From: Pseudomonadales bacterium
GTDB lineage: Bacteria > Pseudomonadota > Gammaproteobacteria > Pseudomonadales > Pseudohongiellaceae
DNA: 64,000 nt
NCBI GenBank assembly: GCA_038134565.1
Contig: JAYPVK010000005.1
Span: 26,695 to 90,694, forward strand
Reading direction: 5' to 3'
Part shown: positions 15,137 to 26,084 of the stretch, piece after piece
How positions within the stretch are numbered: the first letter of the stretch is position 1
Layout: every line of letters starts with the position of its first letter
Notes under the pieces: model-generated
Seen by the model: only the letters and a program-made list of their open reading frames with translations
The model's database searches: none
Told to the model about the DNA's origin: nothing
Translations under genes and position numbers: made by a program

Positions 15137-17818
15137 TCAGAAGCCGGTTCCAACTGTAAAATCGAATGTCTTGGTATCGTCCCCTTCTTTACCAAATGGC
15201 GCTGCCAGATACATCGTCAGCGGACCGAATGGTGACAGGTACGTTACCGCGAAGCCTGCTGAATACCTGATCTCCCCAATGTCGAAATTCGAACAGTTCT
15301 TTAGCAATCGTTGCCGTTCGGTGCAATATGAAGAGAACACATTACCCGCGTCGATGAAGAACGATGACCTGACCTGGTTCTGGTTCGGCACGAACGGCAG
15401 AGGGAAGATCAACTCCAGCGTTGCCGTGGTCAATATATTACCACCGAAACTGTCATAATCCCTATCCAGGAAGAAATTTTGTACAGCCAGAGCCACATCC
15501 GGATTGCCATCGGCGTCCAGTACCGGATTGCCATCGGCATCCAGCAAATCCGTGGTTTGGTAACCAAATTCATTGCTAAAACGGGCATTGCCGTTCTCAT
15601 CCCGGATAATCTCTCCGTTGTCGTCACGCAACAGGCTGATTGGACCCTCGGTCAGGTAACGAGCACCCGCTGTACTCTCCGGCCCGAGGCTGTTTTCCTC
15701 AAAGCCACGCACCCTTCCCCCGCCAGATATCAGCCCACCGGCAAAGAAATGGTTGAAGAAGGGCAGTTCGTCAGAATCACCGTAGCCTATGCCGTAGCCT
15801 AGATTCGTAGAAAGTCCTATCACCCAGCTACGATCAGTGGTGAGCGGCCAGTAAATCTGATTGGAATACGTGAGGCGAGCGTATTGCAGGTCGGAACCGG
15901 GCATGGTCACTTCCAGACCGATCTGATGGAAGGCACCATCGTTCGCCAGTTGTCCCCGGTTCAGGGTATTGCGGAACCAGTTCCCAGTCAGCGTGAAGTT
16001 ATCAAAGGTATCACCAAACTTGTTGACGAAGCCCGGCTCTGGGTTCATCTGCAATTGGTCGGGCCTCAGATCTGCCACATTGCCCAACACAGCATCTCGC
16101 ACTGTGCCTTCGAAGGGATTGGCATTGGCCGGCTCTATCACATAACGATCCAGCCCATCGTATAGTGTTGGACTGGAAATAATCTCCTGCACGGATCCCA
16201 AGCCAGTTCCTAATTCGGTATGACTATAACCCACATCGAATCCCAGCACCTGTACTTCACTCAAGGGATAACTGAAGCTAACCGACCCCCCGTATGAAGA
16301 TGTATTAAAGCTGGATACGTTGAAGGGTGAATCAATCTTCTGTGCAAATAGGTTAAAACCCCGACTCACACCATCCGGCGTGTAATAGGGATCGGTAAAG
16401 CGCAGATTAAGGCCTTCCTGGAATCGACTTTTATTAACACCGAAGCCTATCGCCCTGCCCGTACCGAGGAAGTTCTGCGCCTGAATACTTGAACTGATAA
16501 AGAAGTTGCCGCCCCCACCGGTTCCCACCTGGAAACTGAGCGCTCCGAAGTTTTGCTCCACAACATCGTAGTTAACATCGATCTGGTCTTCTGTGCCAGG
16601 CACTTCTTCTGTCTCTACCTCTACGGTTTCAAAGTAACCTAGCCGTTCCAGTCGAACCTTGGATTGTTCAATTTGCAAGCTGGAAGCAGGCGCACTTTCC
16701 AGTTGTCGCATTTCCCTCCGCAGCACATCATCCGCGGTAGACACGTTGCCGGAGAAATTGATTCGATTTACATAGGTGCGATTTCCCGGCTCGACGAAGA
16801 AAGTAACCTCCACGGTCTGGTCTTCCTCGTTTACTTGCGGGACGCCTGTCGCCTCAGCAAAGGCATAACCAAGATTTCCAAGGAATTGCACCATGATTTC
16901 TTCGGTGCCGGTAACCAGGCTCTGGGAATAAATCTGTCCGGGGCTTACAAAGATTGCCGCCCGCAACAGGTTCTCTGCATCCACCAGATCTCCGGCGAGA
17001 TCCACATCACTCACTGTGTATTGATCACCTTCGGTAATATTGATGGTGATATAGACTTCTTTTCGATCGGGAGTGATGGAAATGGGCGTGGAATCGATGC
17101 TGAATTCAACATAGCCGTTATCCAGGTAAAACGATTCCAGACGCTCCAGGTCACCGGAGAACTGCTCTCGCGAATATCGGTCCCTGCGACTCAATAGCAG
17201 ATACCAAGGCTTGGTGCCCAACTCCAGCAAACCGAGCAGATCTTCATCCTCAAAGGATTCATTACCCACGATATTGATATGACGAATACGGGATTCTTCG
17301 CCTTCATTGATGTCGAGCTTTATAGCCACCCGATTGCGTGGAAGTTCTTCAACGCTGATATCTACTGCAGCACCATAACGCCCGCGGGAGGAATAGACTT
17401 CCTGGATGCCCTGCTGGATCGCTTCCAGAGCCGCACGTGTGAATATCTGCCCTTCGGCGATGTCAGCCGTCGCCATATTGTCGAGGATATCTTCGGTCTC
17501 CAGTACGCTGTTACCTTCGATGGTAATCTCGGCGACGGAAGGTCTTTCCAACACGGTGATCACGAGGATATTGCCCTCACGAGCTACTTCGATCTCTTCG
17601 AAATATTCGGACGCAACCAGGGCGCGGATGATTTCTGCTGGCGTGCCAGGGCCCACTTCGTCCCCGATTCCCACGGGAAGCAGGTTATAGATAATGCCGG
17701 GTGAAATACGCTGATAGCCATCGACAATGATGTCGGCGATCGTAAAATCCTGCGCTCTCAGGGTAGAAGGTAGCCCGAGCGCAACCAGCAATACAAAAGC
17801 TAGTTTTCTCAATAACAC
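15137..17818 (-). CDS. bamA: outer membrane protein assembly factor BamA
   Basis: 893 aa with a signal peptide, POTRA repeats, a beta-barrel carrying the VRGF loop-6 motif and a terminal aromatic residue (GTGF). About 85 aa longer than typical BamA. Confidence 0.95.
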   Translation of the reverse strand: MLLRKLAFVLLVALGLPSTLRAQDFTIADIIVDGYQRISPGIIYNLLPVGIGDEVGPGTPAEIIRALVASEYFEEIEVAREGNILVITVLERPSVAEITIEGNSVLETEDILDNMATADIAEGQIFTRAALEAIQQGIQEVYSSRGRYGAAVDISVEELPRNRVAIKLDINEGEESRIRHINIVGNESFEDEDLLGLLELGTKPWYLLLSRRDRYSREQFSGDLERLESFYLDNGYVEFSIDSTPISITPDRKEVYITINITEGDQYTVSDVDLAGDLVDAENLLRAAIFVSPGQIYSQSLVTGTEEIMVQFLGNLGYAFAEATGVPQVNEEDQTVEVTFFVEPGNRTYVNRINFSGNVSTADDVLRREMRQLESAPASSLQIEQSKVRLERLGYFETVEVETEEVPGTEDQIDVNYDVVEQNFGALSFQVGTGGGGNFFISSSIQAQNFLGTGRAIGFGVNKSRFQEGLNLRFTDPYYTPDGVSRGFNLFAQKIDSPFNVSSFNTSSYGGSVSFSYPLSEVQVLGFDVGYSHTELGTGLGSVQEIISSPTLYDGLDRYVIEPANANPFEGTVRDAVLGNVADLRPDQLQMNPEPGFVNKFGDTFDNFTLTGNWFRNTLNRGQLANDGAFHQIGLEVTMPGSDLQYARLTYSNQIYWPLTTDRSWVIGLSTNLGYGIGYGDSDELPFFNHFFAGGLISGGGRVRGFEENSLGPESTAGARYLTEGPISLLRDDNGEIIRDENGNARFSNEFGYQTTDLLDADGNPVLDADGNPDVALAVQNFFLDRDYDSFGGNILTTATLELIFPLPFVPNQNQVRSSFFIDAGNVFSSYCTERQRLLKNCSNFDIGEIRYSAGFAVTYLSPFGPLTMYLAAPFGKEGDDTKTFDFTVGTGF

Positions 17819-17872
17819 AACAAATTCACTCGATGATGCTGACTCGATGGCGGGCTTTTATACGTTTTAGAG

Positions 17873-19261
17873 TTAAAGCAGGCGGCTGACGTCGTTGTAG
17901 ACGGCTAACACCATAATGCCTGATATCAGGAGCAGACCAAGCTGCAAACCCCAGGCCTGAATCCTCTCCGGAACCGGTCTTCGGGTGATTCCCTCGATCA
18001 TGTAGTAGAGAAGATGTCCTCCGTCCAATACAGGAATCGGCAGCAAATTCAAAACCCCTAGCGAAATACTTAGCAATGCTAAAAATCCCAGATAGACATT
18101 GAGGCCGTACGTCGCCGTTTCCCCTGCTACCTGCGCTATTGTGATCGGCCCGTTTATGTTCTTAACCGAGATCCGGCCTGCCACCATTTTCTTGACGGAA
18201 TCCAGTACAAAGACCGATTTGTTCCAGGTCTCTTGCAGGGCCGGCTGAATTGCGGTCAACACAGTGTAGTGAATCTCACGCTGGTGCTCTGCCGGCACTA
18301 TTTCTGCGAGCGTGACATTCTGTACCGCGGCACCAATGCTGCCGATGACCGCGCCATCTTCCAGCTGTACTGCATCCGGTATTATTCTCAGATCGGTTTC
18401 CAATCCACCCCGTTGGACTCTGACATCGAGCGAGAGTTCCGGAGCGGCCCGAATTACCTCTACCCAGTGATTCCAGCCCCGGATGCGCTCACCGTTTACC
18501 GTCAACACACGATCGCCCGCCTGCAGTCCCGCTGATTCGGCAGCACCTCCCTCGATGATGCCGCCTATACGTGCCGGAATCTCGAACTGTACGATTCCCA
18601 GATCAGCAACCGGATTGGGTTCGGTCGCGCCGCCCAGCCAGTCCTGCACGGGGATTGCCACATCCTGAATACGATCGGAATCGTGCGGGTTGATGCTCAG
18701 CACGATATCACCAGTCTCTCCGAGACGCGCCAGCATCTGCAGGGTAACCTGCTGCCAGATAATGGTTTCTTCACCATCAACGGCGAGAATTTCATCACCC
18801 TCCTCGAGTCCCGCCAGGGCTGCGAGCGAATCATCGACCACCCCGTTGATAACGGGCGCTATGCCGCTCACTCCGTAGGAGATATTGATAATCCAGTACA
18901 CCAGGATCGCCAACAGGAAGTTGGCAAAAGGGCCGGCCGCCACAATCGCCATACGCTGCCACAGTGGCTTATAGGCAAAGGACTGGTGACGCAGGCTGTC
19001 TGGCACGTCGCCGACATCCGGCACTGAGGTGTCTTCCTGTCCCAGCATCTTGACGTAGCCACCCAGAGGAATCGGGGCGATGACGTACTCAACATCGTCT
19101 TTTCCTACCCAGGTCTTGGCCGCCTTGCCAAAACCGATAGAGAAGCGCAGCACCTTCACCCCACAGCGTCTGGCCACCCAGAAGTGACCGAATTCGTGGA
19201 AAGTCACCAGGATTCCAAGGGTGACGATCAGGGCAATTACGCTAATCAGGAAATCAAGCAT
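17873..19261 (-). CDS. rseP: sigma-E protease regulator RseP (site-2 zinc metalloprotease)
   Basis: 462 aa with the HEFGHF zinc motif at the N-terminus, PDZ-like middle region and LNLLPIPVLDGGH motif. Confidence 0.95.
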   Translation of the reverse strand: MLDFLISVIALIVTLGILVTFHEFGHFWVARRCGVKVLRFSIGFGKAAKTWVGKDDVEYVIAPIPLGGYVKMLGQEDTSVPDVGDVPDSLRHQSFAYKPLWQRMAIVAAGPFANFLLAILVYWIINISYGVSGIAPVINGVVDDSLAALAGLEEGDEILAVDGEETIIWQQVTLQMLARLGETGDIVLSINPHDSDRIQDVAIPVQDWLGGATEPNPVADLGIVQFEIPARIGGIIEGGAAESAGLQAGDRVLTVNGERIRGWNHWVEVIRAAPELSLDVRVQRGGLETDLRIIPDAVQLEDGAVIGSIGAAVQNVTLAEIVPAEHQREIHYTVLTAIQPALQETWNKSVFVLDSVKKMVAGRISVKNINGPITIAQVAGETATYGLNVYLGFLALLSISLGVLNLLPIPVLDGGHLLYYMIEGITRRPVPERIQAWGLQLGLLLISGIMVLAVYNDVSRLL

Positions 19262-19313
19262 GAGTCAGGATGTCTGCATTTTTTGTTTGGAAGCCTGTCC
19301 AGGTCGTCACGAA

Positions 19314-20516
19314 CTAGGGAAATCTTTTTGATATCAATTGCTTAGCGAGAGTTCGCGCACGCTCATCGGCCTCCCGAATAATAGCGAGACTAGCGGCCTC
19401 TTCACAAGGTGTTTTCGAGATAAGTTCTTCAATTATTAAGGGAATTTTGTCAAAACCGATACGACCTTCAAGAAAGGCGGCGACCGCCTCCTCGTTCGCG
19501 GCATTCAGCAGCGCTGGGGTCGTCCCCCCCTGCTCGACCGCCTCCCTGCCCAGACGCAGGCAGGGGAATCGCTGATAATCGGGGGCTTCGAAGCAAAGCG
19601 AACCCTGGCTCACCAGATCCAGGCTCTCGACTCCCGAATCGATGCGCTGCGGATAGGCCAACCCGTGCGCTATCGGCACGCGCATATCGGGATTCGCCAT
19701 CTGCGCCAGCACCGAACCATCACGGTAGTACACCAGGGAATGAATAATAGATTCCGGGTGGATGAGCACCTCGACCTTCTGCGGCGAGATGCCGAACAGA
19801 AAACAGGCCTCAATAAGCTCCAGCCCCTTATTCATCATCGAAGCAGAATCCACCGAGATCTTTCGCCCCATAGACCAGCGAGGATGGTCACAGGCCTGCT
19901 CCGGCGTAACACTGGCCAGCTGATTCAGGCCCAGGCGCAAAAAAGGGCCACCTGACGCGGTGAGCATCAGCTTCGTTATTTGCTGACTATCCAGCAGAGG
20001 CGCATGTCTCTCTGATTCAGGCAGGCACTGAAAAATCGCATTGTGTTCGCTGTCGATGGGAATGATGGTGGCTCCTCCCCGGCGCGCAGCATCCATGAAC
20101 AGGCTGCCGGACATTACCAAGGACTCCTTGTTCGCCAGCAACAGCTTCTTGCCACTCTCTGCGGCCTTGAGACTTGATGCCAGCCCCGCCGCACCGACAA
20201 TGGCAGCCATCACGCTATCCACGTCGGAGCTGGCAGCGATCTGATCCAGACCGTCCGCACCCAACAAGAGCTCCCCGGAAAAACCGATTGCCTTGAGTTG
20301 GGCAGCAAACTCTTCACCTAGCGTCACATCGCTCAAGACGACATAGCAGGGCTTGAACTCCTGGCACTGTGCCAGCAACAGGCTCGTGTTCTGGTGGGCG
20401 CTGAGCGCGACGACCTCGATGTCGGGATTGTCACGCACGACCTGCAAGGTACTGAGTCCTACGGATCCCGTAGACCCCAGGATTGCCAGTCTGTTTTGCC
20501 TCGATATGGCCTTCAT
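19314..20516 (-). CDS. dxr: 1-deoxy-D-xylulose 5-phosphate reductoisomerase
   Basis: ILGSTGSVG NADPH motif and conserved position. The start could be ATG 20516 or the adjacent GTG 20519. It overlaps the cdsA stop. Confidence 0.94.
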   Translation of the reverse strand: MKAISRQNRLAILGSTGSVGLSTLQVVRDNPDIEVVALSAHQNTSLLLAQCQEFKPCYVVLSDVTLGEEFAAQLKAIGFSGELLLGADGLDQIAASSDVDSVMAAIVGAAGLASSLKAAESGKKLLLANKESLVMSGSLFMDAARRGGATIIPIDSEHNAIFQCLPESERHAPLLDSQQITKLMLTASGGPFLRLGLNQLASVTPEQACDHPRWSMGRKISVDSASMMNKGLELIEACFLFGISPQKVEVLIHPESIIHSLVYYRDGSVLAQMANPDMRVPIAHGLAYPQRIDSGVESLDLVSQGSLCFEAPDYQRFPCLRLGREAVEQGGTTPALLNAANEEAVAAFLEGRIGFDKIPLIIEELISKTPCEEAASLAIIREADERARTLAKQLISKRFP

Positions 20517-21391
20517 CACTCTCCCAACTCGAACAACACGAACAGTAGTGTGAGCACGAAGACGGGGGTCGCCGCCAGCAAGCCATCAACCCGGTCGAGC
20601 AGGCCACCATGGCCAGGCAAGAGCTGCCCGCTGTCCTTCACCTGCGAATTTCGCTTCAGCATGCTTTCTACCAGATCCCCCAATACCGCAAAGGCAGCGA
20701 CGGGTATGGGCAGCACGAGCAGCACTGCAAACTGCCAGCCTGCCAGGGAAATCAGGAAGCGATCCAGCAACCAGGCGAACAGAAAGCCAACCAACAGGCA
20801 GGTGATCAGACCTCCCCAGACACCCTCCCAGGATTTATTGGGGCTAAGCTGGGGCGCCAGCTTGCGCTTACCAAACTGGTTACCAGCGAAATAGGCGCCA
20901 ACGTCGACCGCCGCCACCATGATCACCAGACCGAGCACAAGCCATCCCCCGGGGTCCAGGTACTTCAACAAGACGACGCCTGCCCATGTGGGCAGCAAGG
21001 CAAGCAAGCCCATGACTGCTATACGGGAATTGTCATTCCACAGGCTGGAGGTTCCGGGATAACCCATGATCAGCAAGAAGCTCAAAGCCCACCACAACAG
21101 CCCAAGCATCAGGATCATTGCCGCCCTGAGCACATCGGGTTGCTCGCCAGCCGGACTGATTTCCAGCACCAGGAAGGCGCCCAGCAACATGAATAACACG
21201 GTGCAGAGATAGAGCAGGCGTCCCCGGGGATTCACCTCTTCTACCAGACCACTCCATTCCCAGCTGGCGGCCATCACGATAAGCCCTATGAAGAGCGCAT
21301 ACAGAAATGGCGGCAGGAAAAGGGTAACGGCTGCCAATGCAGATATGAGGACCAGGGCCGTCGTTACACGCTGTTTTAATCCTTCAATCAT
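20516..21391 (-). CDS. cdsA: phosphatidate cytidylyltransferase
   Basis: 291-aa polytopic membrane protein with a C-terminal GHGGLLDRVDG motif. Confidence 0.93.
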   Translation of the reverse strand: MIEGLKQRVTTALVLISALAAVTLFLPPFLYALFIGLIVMAASWEWSGLVEEVNPRGRLLYLCTVLFMLLGAFLVLEISPAGEQPDVLRAAMILMLGLLWWALSFLLIMGYPGTSSLWNDNSRIAVMGLLALLPTWAGVVLLKYLDPGGWLVLGLVIMVAAVDVGAYFAGNQFGKRKLAPQLSPNKSWEGVWGGLITCLLVGFLFAWLLDRFLISLAGWQFAVLLVLPIPVAAFAVLGDLVESMLKRNSQVKDSGQLLPGHGGLLDRVDGLLAATPVFVLTLLFVLFELGE

Positions 21392-21411
21392 GGTTACCAG
21401 ACCTGGACATC

Positions 21412-22134
21412 TTACTCCTTGTGCCCGCCGAAGCGGCGCTGACGCTGCGTAAAATCATTGATTGCCCTGGCGAATTCCGCTTCATCGAAATCTGGCCAGT
21501 AACAGTCGGTGAAATACAGCTCGGTGTAGGCGAACTGCCATAGCAGGAAATTGCTGATACGGTTGTTGCCTCCGGTCCTGATACACAGATCCGGATCCGG
21601 AAACTCGCTCAGGCTGGTGTAACGATGCAATAACTCCTCATCGATATCCGCGGCCTTCAATTCCCCGGCTTCCACCAGCGCGGCAAGCTTGCGAGTTGCC
21701 TGGGCGATATCCCAGCGCCCCCCGTAATCTGCAGCGACGATAACGGTAGTCCCCGTGTTGTTCGCTGTCAAAGCCTCAACATCAGCCATTCGCTCCAGCA
21801 ACTTTCTCGAGAAATCCGTGCGTTTGCCCACGAATTTCAGCCGTACGTTCTCTTCGTGAAATTGCCTGATTTCACTGCGGTTCAGCACAGAGAGGAAAAG
21901 CGCCATGAGCGACTGGACTTCTTTTGCCGGACGCATCCAGTTTTCACTGCTGAACGCGAACAGAGTGAGATAGGGAATTTTACGACGAATGCAGGAATGA
22001 ACCACTTCGCGAGCTGACTCAGCGCCCTGGCGATGTCCCGCCTTGGTGGGGAGGCCGCGGGCTTTAGCCCAGCGGCTGTTGCCATCCATGATGATGGCGA
22101 TATGTTCTGGAATATCTGACTGCTCAACTGGCAT
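21412..22134 (-). CDS. uppS: ditrans,polycis-undecaprenyl-diphosphate synthase
   Basis: HIAIIMDGNSRWA and LLWQFAYTELYF motifs. Confidence 0.95.
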   Translation of the reverse strand: MPVEQSDIPEHIAIIMDGNSRWAKARGLPTKAGHRQGAESAREVVHSCIRRKIPYLTLFAFSSENWMRPAKEVQSLMALFLSVLNRSEIRQFHEENVRLKFVGKRTDFSRKLLERMADVEALTANNTGTTVIVAADYGGRWDIAQATRKLAALVEAGELKAADIDEELLHRYTSLSEFPDPDLCIRTGGNNRISNFLLWQFAYTELYFTDCYWPDFDEAEFARAINDFTQRQRRFGGHKE

Positions 22135-22211
22135 GGAAACGCTTCTCTAATACAAAGACTACCTGACTAAAGAAGACTTCAATTGCGGCGCAATGTTCCC
22201 TTTGACAACAA

Positions 22212-22769
22212 TCAGATAGACAGCAGATCTTCTTCTTTGACCTGGTATGCCGCTTCCACTTCGGCGATGTACTTGTCTGTGAGCTTCTGCACCTGCTCTT
22301 CTGCGCGGCGCTGATCGTCTTCGGAAATTTCCTTCTCCTTCTCCAGATCCTTGAAGTCAGAGTTGGCATCACGGCGTATATTGCGAATGGCGACCCGGGT
22401 GTTTTCTGCCTCGTTCTTCGCCTGCTTGGTGAATTCGCGACGGGTCTCCTCGGTGAGTGGAGGCATCGGTACCCGAATGGTATTGCCATTGTTGGAGGGA
22501 TTCAGGCCCAGATCTGATTTCATGATGGCCTTTTCAATTTCCCCAATCAATTGTTTTTCCCAGGGAGAAATCACCAGGGAACGTCCCTCTTCGACATTGA
22601 CGTTGGCCAGTTGGCTGAGAGGGGTATCGGCGCCGTAGTACGACACCATGATGCCATCCAGCAGGCTCGGATGGGCTCTGCCCGTCCTGATCCTCTTGAA
22701 GGCATCATCCAGGGCAACAAGACTCTTCTTCATGCGATCTTCAGCATCGGCAATTATTTCATCAATCAT
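22212..22769 (-). CDS. frr: ribosome recycling factor
   Basis: 185 aa, [17 protein letters not shown] followed by a typical RRF sequence. Confidence 0.96.
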   Translation of the reverse strand: MIDEIIADAEDRMKKSLVALDDAFKRIRTGRAHPSLLDGIMVSYYGADTPLSQLANVNVEEGRSLVISPWEKQLIGEIEKAIMKSDLGLNPSNNGNTIRVPMPPLTEETRREFTKQAKNEAENTRVAIRNIRRDANSDFKDLEKEKEISEDDQRRAEEQVQKLTDKYIAEVEAAYQVKEEDLLSI

Positions 22770-22873
22770 TTCAAAGCCTCGTTTGATTCTTTACCCGCAC
22801 CGCTTAAGAGCGTTTCGGCAGGTGTCTGTTTATTCTTGATCCTTGCTTACGGGAGATCAGGTAGCTGCTGTTA

Positions 22874-23593
22874 CTACTTGATCAGGGTGCCATCGGTCTT
22901 GCCCATCACATTGTCCAACAAGGCACCGGGCCGGTTCATGTTGAACACCTTGATCGGGATTTCGTGATCCCTGCTCAGGCAGATGGCTGTGAGATCCATG
23001 ACGCCCAGCTTCTTCTCGATCACTTCGTCATAGCTCAGGCACTCAAATTTAACGGCATCGGGGAATTTTTCCGGATCGGCAGAATACACACCATCGACCT
23101 TGGTTGCCTTGAGAATCAGATCGGCATCGATCTCAATTCCCCGCAGACAGGCAGCAGAATCGGTGGTAAAGAAAGGATTGCCGGTACCGGCAGAAAAGAT
23201 AACCACATCACCCGCATTCAGGTGGCGGATGGCATTGCGGCGATCATAGTGCTCAACGACACCACTCATCTGGATCGCCGACATCACCCGGGTTGGAATA
23301 CCTGCACGCTCGAGCGCATCTCGCATAGCCAGGGCATTCATCACCGTGGCCAGCATACCCATGTGGTCACCGGTAACCCGTTCCATGCCAGCGGCATGCA
23401 GCGCCGCTCCGCGAAACAGGTTACCGCCACCGATCACCATGCCGACTTGAACGCCGAGACCGATCAACTGACCGACTTCGACAGCCATGCGGTCCAGCAC
23501 CTTGGGATCGATACCGAATTCCGCTTCTCCGGTGAGAGCCTCACCGGAGAGTTTCAGAAGGATTCGATTGTACTTGCGATCCCTGTGGGGCAT
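22874..23593 (-). CDS. pyrH: UMP kinase
   Basis: 239 aa with [13 protein letters not shown] and GGGNLFRG motifs. Confidence 0.96.
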   Translation of the reverse strand: MPHRDRKYNRILLKLSGEALTGEAEFGIDPKVLDRMAVEVGQLIGLGVQVGMVIGGGNLFRGAALHAAGMERVTGDHMGMLATVMNALAMRDALERAGIPTRVMSAIQMSGVVEHYDRRNAIRHLNAGDVVIFSAGTGNPFFTTDSAACLRGIEIDADLILKATKVDGVYSADPEKFPDAVKFECLSYDEVIEKKLGVMDLTAICLSRDHEIPIKVFNMNRPGALLDNVMGKTDGTLIK

Positions 23594-23615
23594 GGTGTTG
23601 CGATTCCCGTTTAGA

Positions 23616-24485
23616 TTATCCCGCCAATTGTGCCGCTACTTCGGCCGCGAAGTCATCTTCTTCTTTCTCGATGCCTTCACCTACTTCGAAGCGCAGGAAA
23701 CTGACCACATCTGCGTCGGACTGCTTCAGCAGAGCACCGATAGTGGTGTCGGGATCTTTCACGAAAGGCTGCTCCAGCAGCGTGACTTCCGCGATGAACT
23801 TGCGCAGCCTGCCCTGAATCATCTTCTCGATGATCTCTTCCGGCTTACCGCTCTCGCGCGCCTGCGCGGAGTAAATTTCCGATTCCTTGGCCAGCACATC
23901 TTCAGGCACATCTTCGGCACGCACAACCATCGGATTCACAGCCGCAATATGCATCGCGACATCGCGAGCGAGGGCTTCATCGCCACCCTGCAACGCAATC
24001 AGTACACCAATCTTGTTGTTGTGGATGTAGCTTTCCACGATGCCACCGTCGCCTTCCAGACCGATGCGACCAACTCGACGAACATTGATGTTCTCGCCGA
24101 TTTTCTGCACGAGAGCCTGACGCGCTTCTTCTACACCGCTATCCAGGATTGCGGCCACGTCTGCTTCGCGATTGGTAAACGCTGCATCCAGCGCCTGATC
24201 AGCAAAGGCCAGGAAATTGTCATCCCGGGCCACGAAGTCAGTTTCACTGTTTACTTCGAGGATCACGCCGTAGGTTCCTTCGTCGTCGATCTTGGTCAGT
24301 ACCACGCCTTCAGCGGCCACGCGGCTGGCTTTCTTGGCAGCCTTCAGGCCACTGGCCTTGCGCAGATCTTCGATCGCCTTTTCCATATCACCATCGGCCT
24401 CAGCCAATGCCTTCTTGCAATCCATCATGCCAAGACCGGTGCGCTCACGCAGTTCCTTAACCATGCTTGCAGTAATATTTGCCAT
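23616..24485 (-). CDS. tsf: translation elongation factor Ts
   Basis: 289 aa, [27 protein letters not shown]. Confidence 0.97.
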   Translation of the reverse strand: MANITASMVKELRERTGLGMMDCKKALAEADGDMEKAIEDLRKASGLKAAKKASRVAAEGVVLTKIDDEGTYGVILEVNSETDFVARDDNFLAFADQALDAAFTNREADVAAILDSGVEEARQALVQKIGENINVRRVGRIGLEGDGGIVESYIHNNKIGVLIALQGGDEALARDVAMHIAAVNPMVVRAEDVPEDVLAKESEIYSAQARESGKPEEIIEKMIQGRLRKFIAEVTLLEQPFVKDPDTTIGALLKQSDADVVSFLRFEVGEGIEKEEDDFAAEVAAQLAG

Positions 24486-24546
24486 TATCTTGCCTCGTCT
24501 TTGTCAAAGGAGTCCTGACTCCTTTAGCGGTCAATTTGCACTATCT

Positions 24547-24571
24547 ATAAAAAGGGGGCTAATGCCCCCTC
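24547..24571 (-). terminator. intrinsic terminator/attenuator hairpin between rpsB and tsf
   Basis: The minus strand reads GGGGGC-atta-GCCCCC followed by TTTTTA, about 70 nt after the rpsB stop. An attenuator at this position is known for the E. coli rpsB-tsf operon. Confidence 0.6.
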
Positions 24572-24639
24572 TTACATCCCTGGCGGGACGCCGTGCCAGC
24601 GATCGAGCCCGGGCTCACGCTGACAACCTATGTGGTGTA

Positions 24640-25635
24640 CTACTCGCTATCCGCACTCTTGGCAGTAGCCTTTTTCTTGGCTGGCGCTTTCTTCTTCGCC
24701 GGTGCCTTCTTTACAGCTGCCTTCTTCTTGGCTGGTGCTTTCTTCTTGGCGGGAGCGCTCTCGGCTTCTGCTTCGGCTTCCGGAGATTCCTCACCATCAG
24801 CCTTCGCCCCCGCTTCTGCTGGCGCTTCTTCGGCAACTTCTTCTGCAGCGGCTGCCGTCGGAGCGTCAGCTACTTTGGCCTCTGCCTTCGCCGCGAGTTC
24901 TGCTTCCTCGCTGTCATCGATCTCGACGAATTCGCTGGTTCCGCCATCGGGACCACTACGCTTGGTGCCTTCGATGCAGGCATTTGCCACCGCTTCAGCA
25001 TAGAGCTGAATCGCGCGAATGGCGTCGTCGTTACCAGGAATCACGTAGTCCACGCCAGCGGGATCACTGTTGGTATCCACCACGCCGATTACAGGAATCT
25101 TCAGGCTGTTCGCCTCGGTGATTGCAATACGCTCGTGTTCCACGTCTATAACGAACAGGGCATCGGGAAGACCGCCCATATCCTTGATACCTCCGATACT
25201 GCGTTCCAGTTTTTCTTTGGCACGGGTCAGCATCAACGCTTCTTTCTTGGTCAGACGACGGAAAGTTCCATCGGCTTCCTGGGTTTCCAGTTCTTTAAGA
25301 CGCTTGATCGAACCGCGAATCGTCTTGTAGTTGGTGAGCATGCCGCCCAGCCAGCGATGATTCACATAGGGCATGCCAGCGCGTTCCGCTTGCTCCCTGA
25401 CGATCTTGGCTGCCGCTCGCTTGGTACCGACAAAAAGAATCTTCTTCTTTTTATCAGCCAGGCTGGTTACCTGGTCGAGGGCTGTTTGAAGCGCCGGAAC
25501 GGTGTGTTCCAGGTTGATGATATGAATCTTGTTTCTGGCGCCAAAGATGTATGGCTCCATTTTTGGGTTCCAGTAGCGACACTGGTGCCCGAAATGCACT
25601 CCTGCACGGAGCATTTCTTTCATGCTTACGGTCAT
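24640..25635 (-). CDS. rpsB: 30S ribosomal protein S2 with about 90-aa acidic-then-basic C-terminal extension
   Basis: [26 protein letters not shown] and a full S2 core to about residue 240. This is followed by an Ala/Glu-rich linker and six (A/P)AKKK-type repeats, 331 aa in total. Confidence 0.96.
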   Translation of the reverse strand: MTVSMKEMLRAGVHFGHQCRYWNPKMEPYIFGARNKIHIINLEHTVPALQTALDQVTSLADKKKKILFVGTKRAAAKIVREQAERAGMPYVNHRWLGGMLTNYKTIRGSIKRLKELETQEADGTFRRLTKKEALMLTRAKEKLERSIGGIKDMGGLPDALFVIDVEHERIAITEANSLKIPVIGVVDTNSDPAGVDYVIPGNDDAIRAIQLYAEAVANACIEGTKRSGPDGGTSEFVEIDDSEEAELAAKAEAKVADAPTAAAAEEVAEEAPAEAGAKADGEESPEAEAEAESAPAKKKAPAKKKAAVKKAPAKKKAPAKKKATAKSADSE

Positions 25636-25802
25636 GTCTATACCTATAGTTGGGTTAGGCCTCCATACACCCCATGACTAAACCATCCCGCATTAGCGCG
25701 GTCAGGCACCCAAAGACCATGTGTCGGTGTATGTGCGACGTTAAGTAGTTAGTTTAAGCCCGGAATCGGCATACCGACTCCAGAGCGGGGCGCTTTATAC
25801 CA
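25636..25802 (-). promoter_or_regulatory. candidate rpsB promoter (TGGTATAAA extended -10) plus about 150-nt structured leader
   Basis: The minus strand has TGGTATAAA at 25802..25794. The long untranslated leader contains several hairpins. S2-autoregulated leaders are known upstream of gammaproteobacterial rpsB. Not verified by covariance model. Confidence 0.35.
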
Positions 25803-25904
25803 TAATCTGATGATTTCAGAAAGATTTTCGGTGGATTCGGAGAATTTTCCGTGCAGAAGGCTAAAGCCTGGTGCAGTGGTCAGGTGTCAGATGGGCATTA
25901 CGAG

Positions 25905-26084
25905 ACACGCCGTGAATACGGCCCAGCCACCGATCATGGATCGGCGGCATTCGTTTCTCGCTGCAAGCTAGCGCTTGCAAAGCGCTCGGCCTCACCCCTG
26001 CAGGCTCGGGCGCGACGTTATCGCCATGGATGGCCTGTATTCAGGAAATGCAGGAGCAATTTCCCGCCCTGTCGCGCCACGGTC
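25905..26084 (+). repeat. structured intergenic repeat, copy A (with about 80-nt internal insertion)
   Basis: Shares ACACGCCGTGAATAC, AGGCTCGGGCGCG and the 23-mer CAGGAAATGCAGGAGCAATTTCC (26042..26064) with the inverted copy B. The insertion itself contains two short palindromes. Confidence 0.75.

Noticed and set aside
23487-25677. Two long plus-strand ORFs (343 aa and 461 aa) antisense to tsf and rpsB
   Set aside because: They sit opposite two of the most conserved genes in bacteria. Their translations are low-complexity and Arg/Leu/Phe-rich, so they are antisense shadow ORFs.
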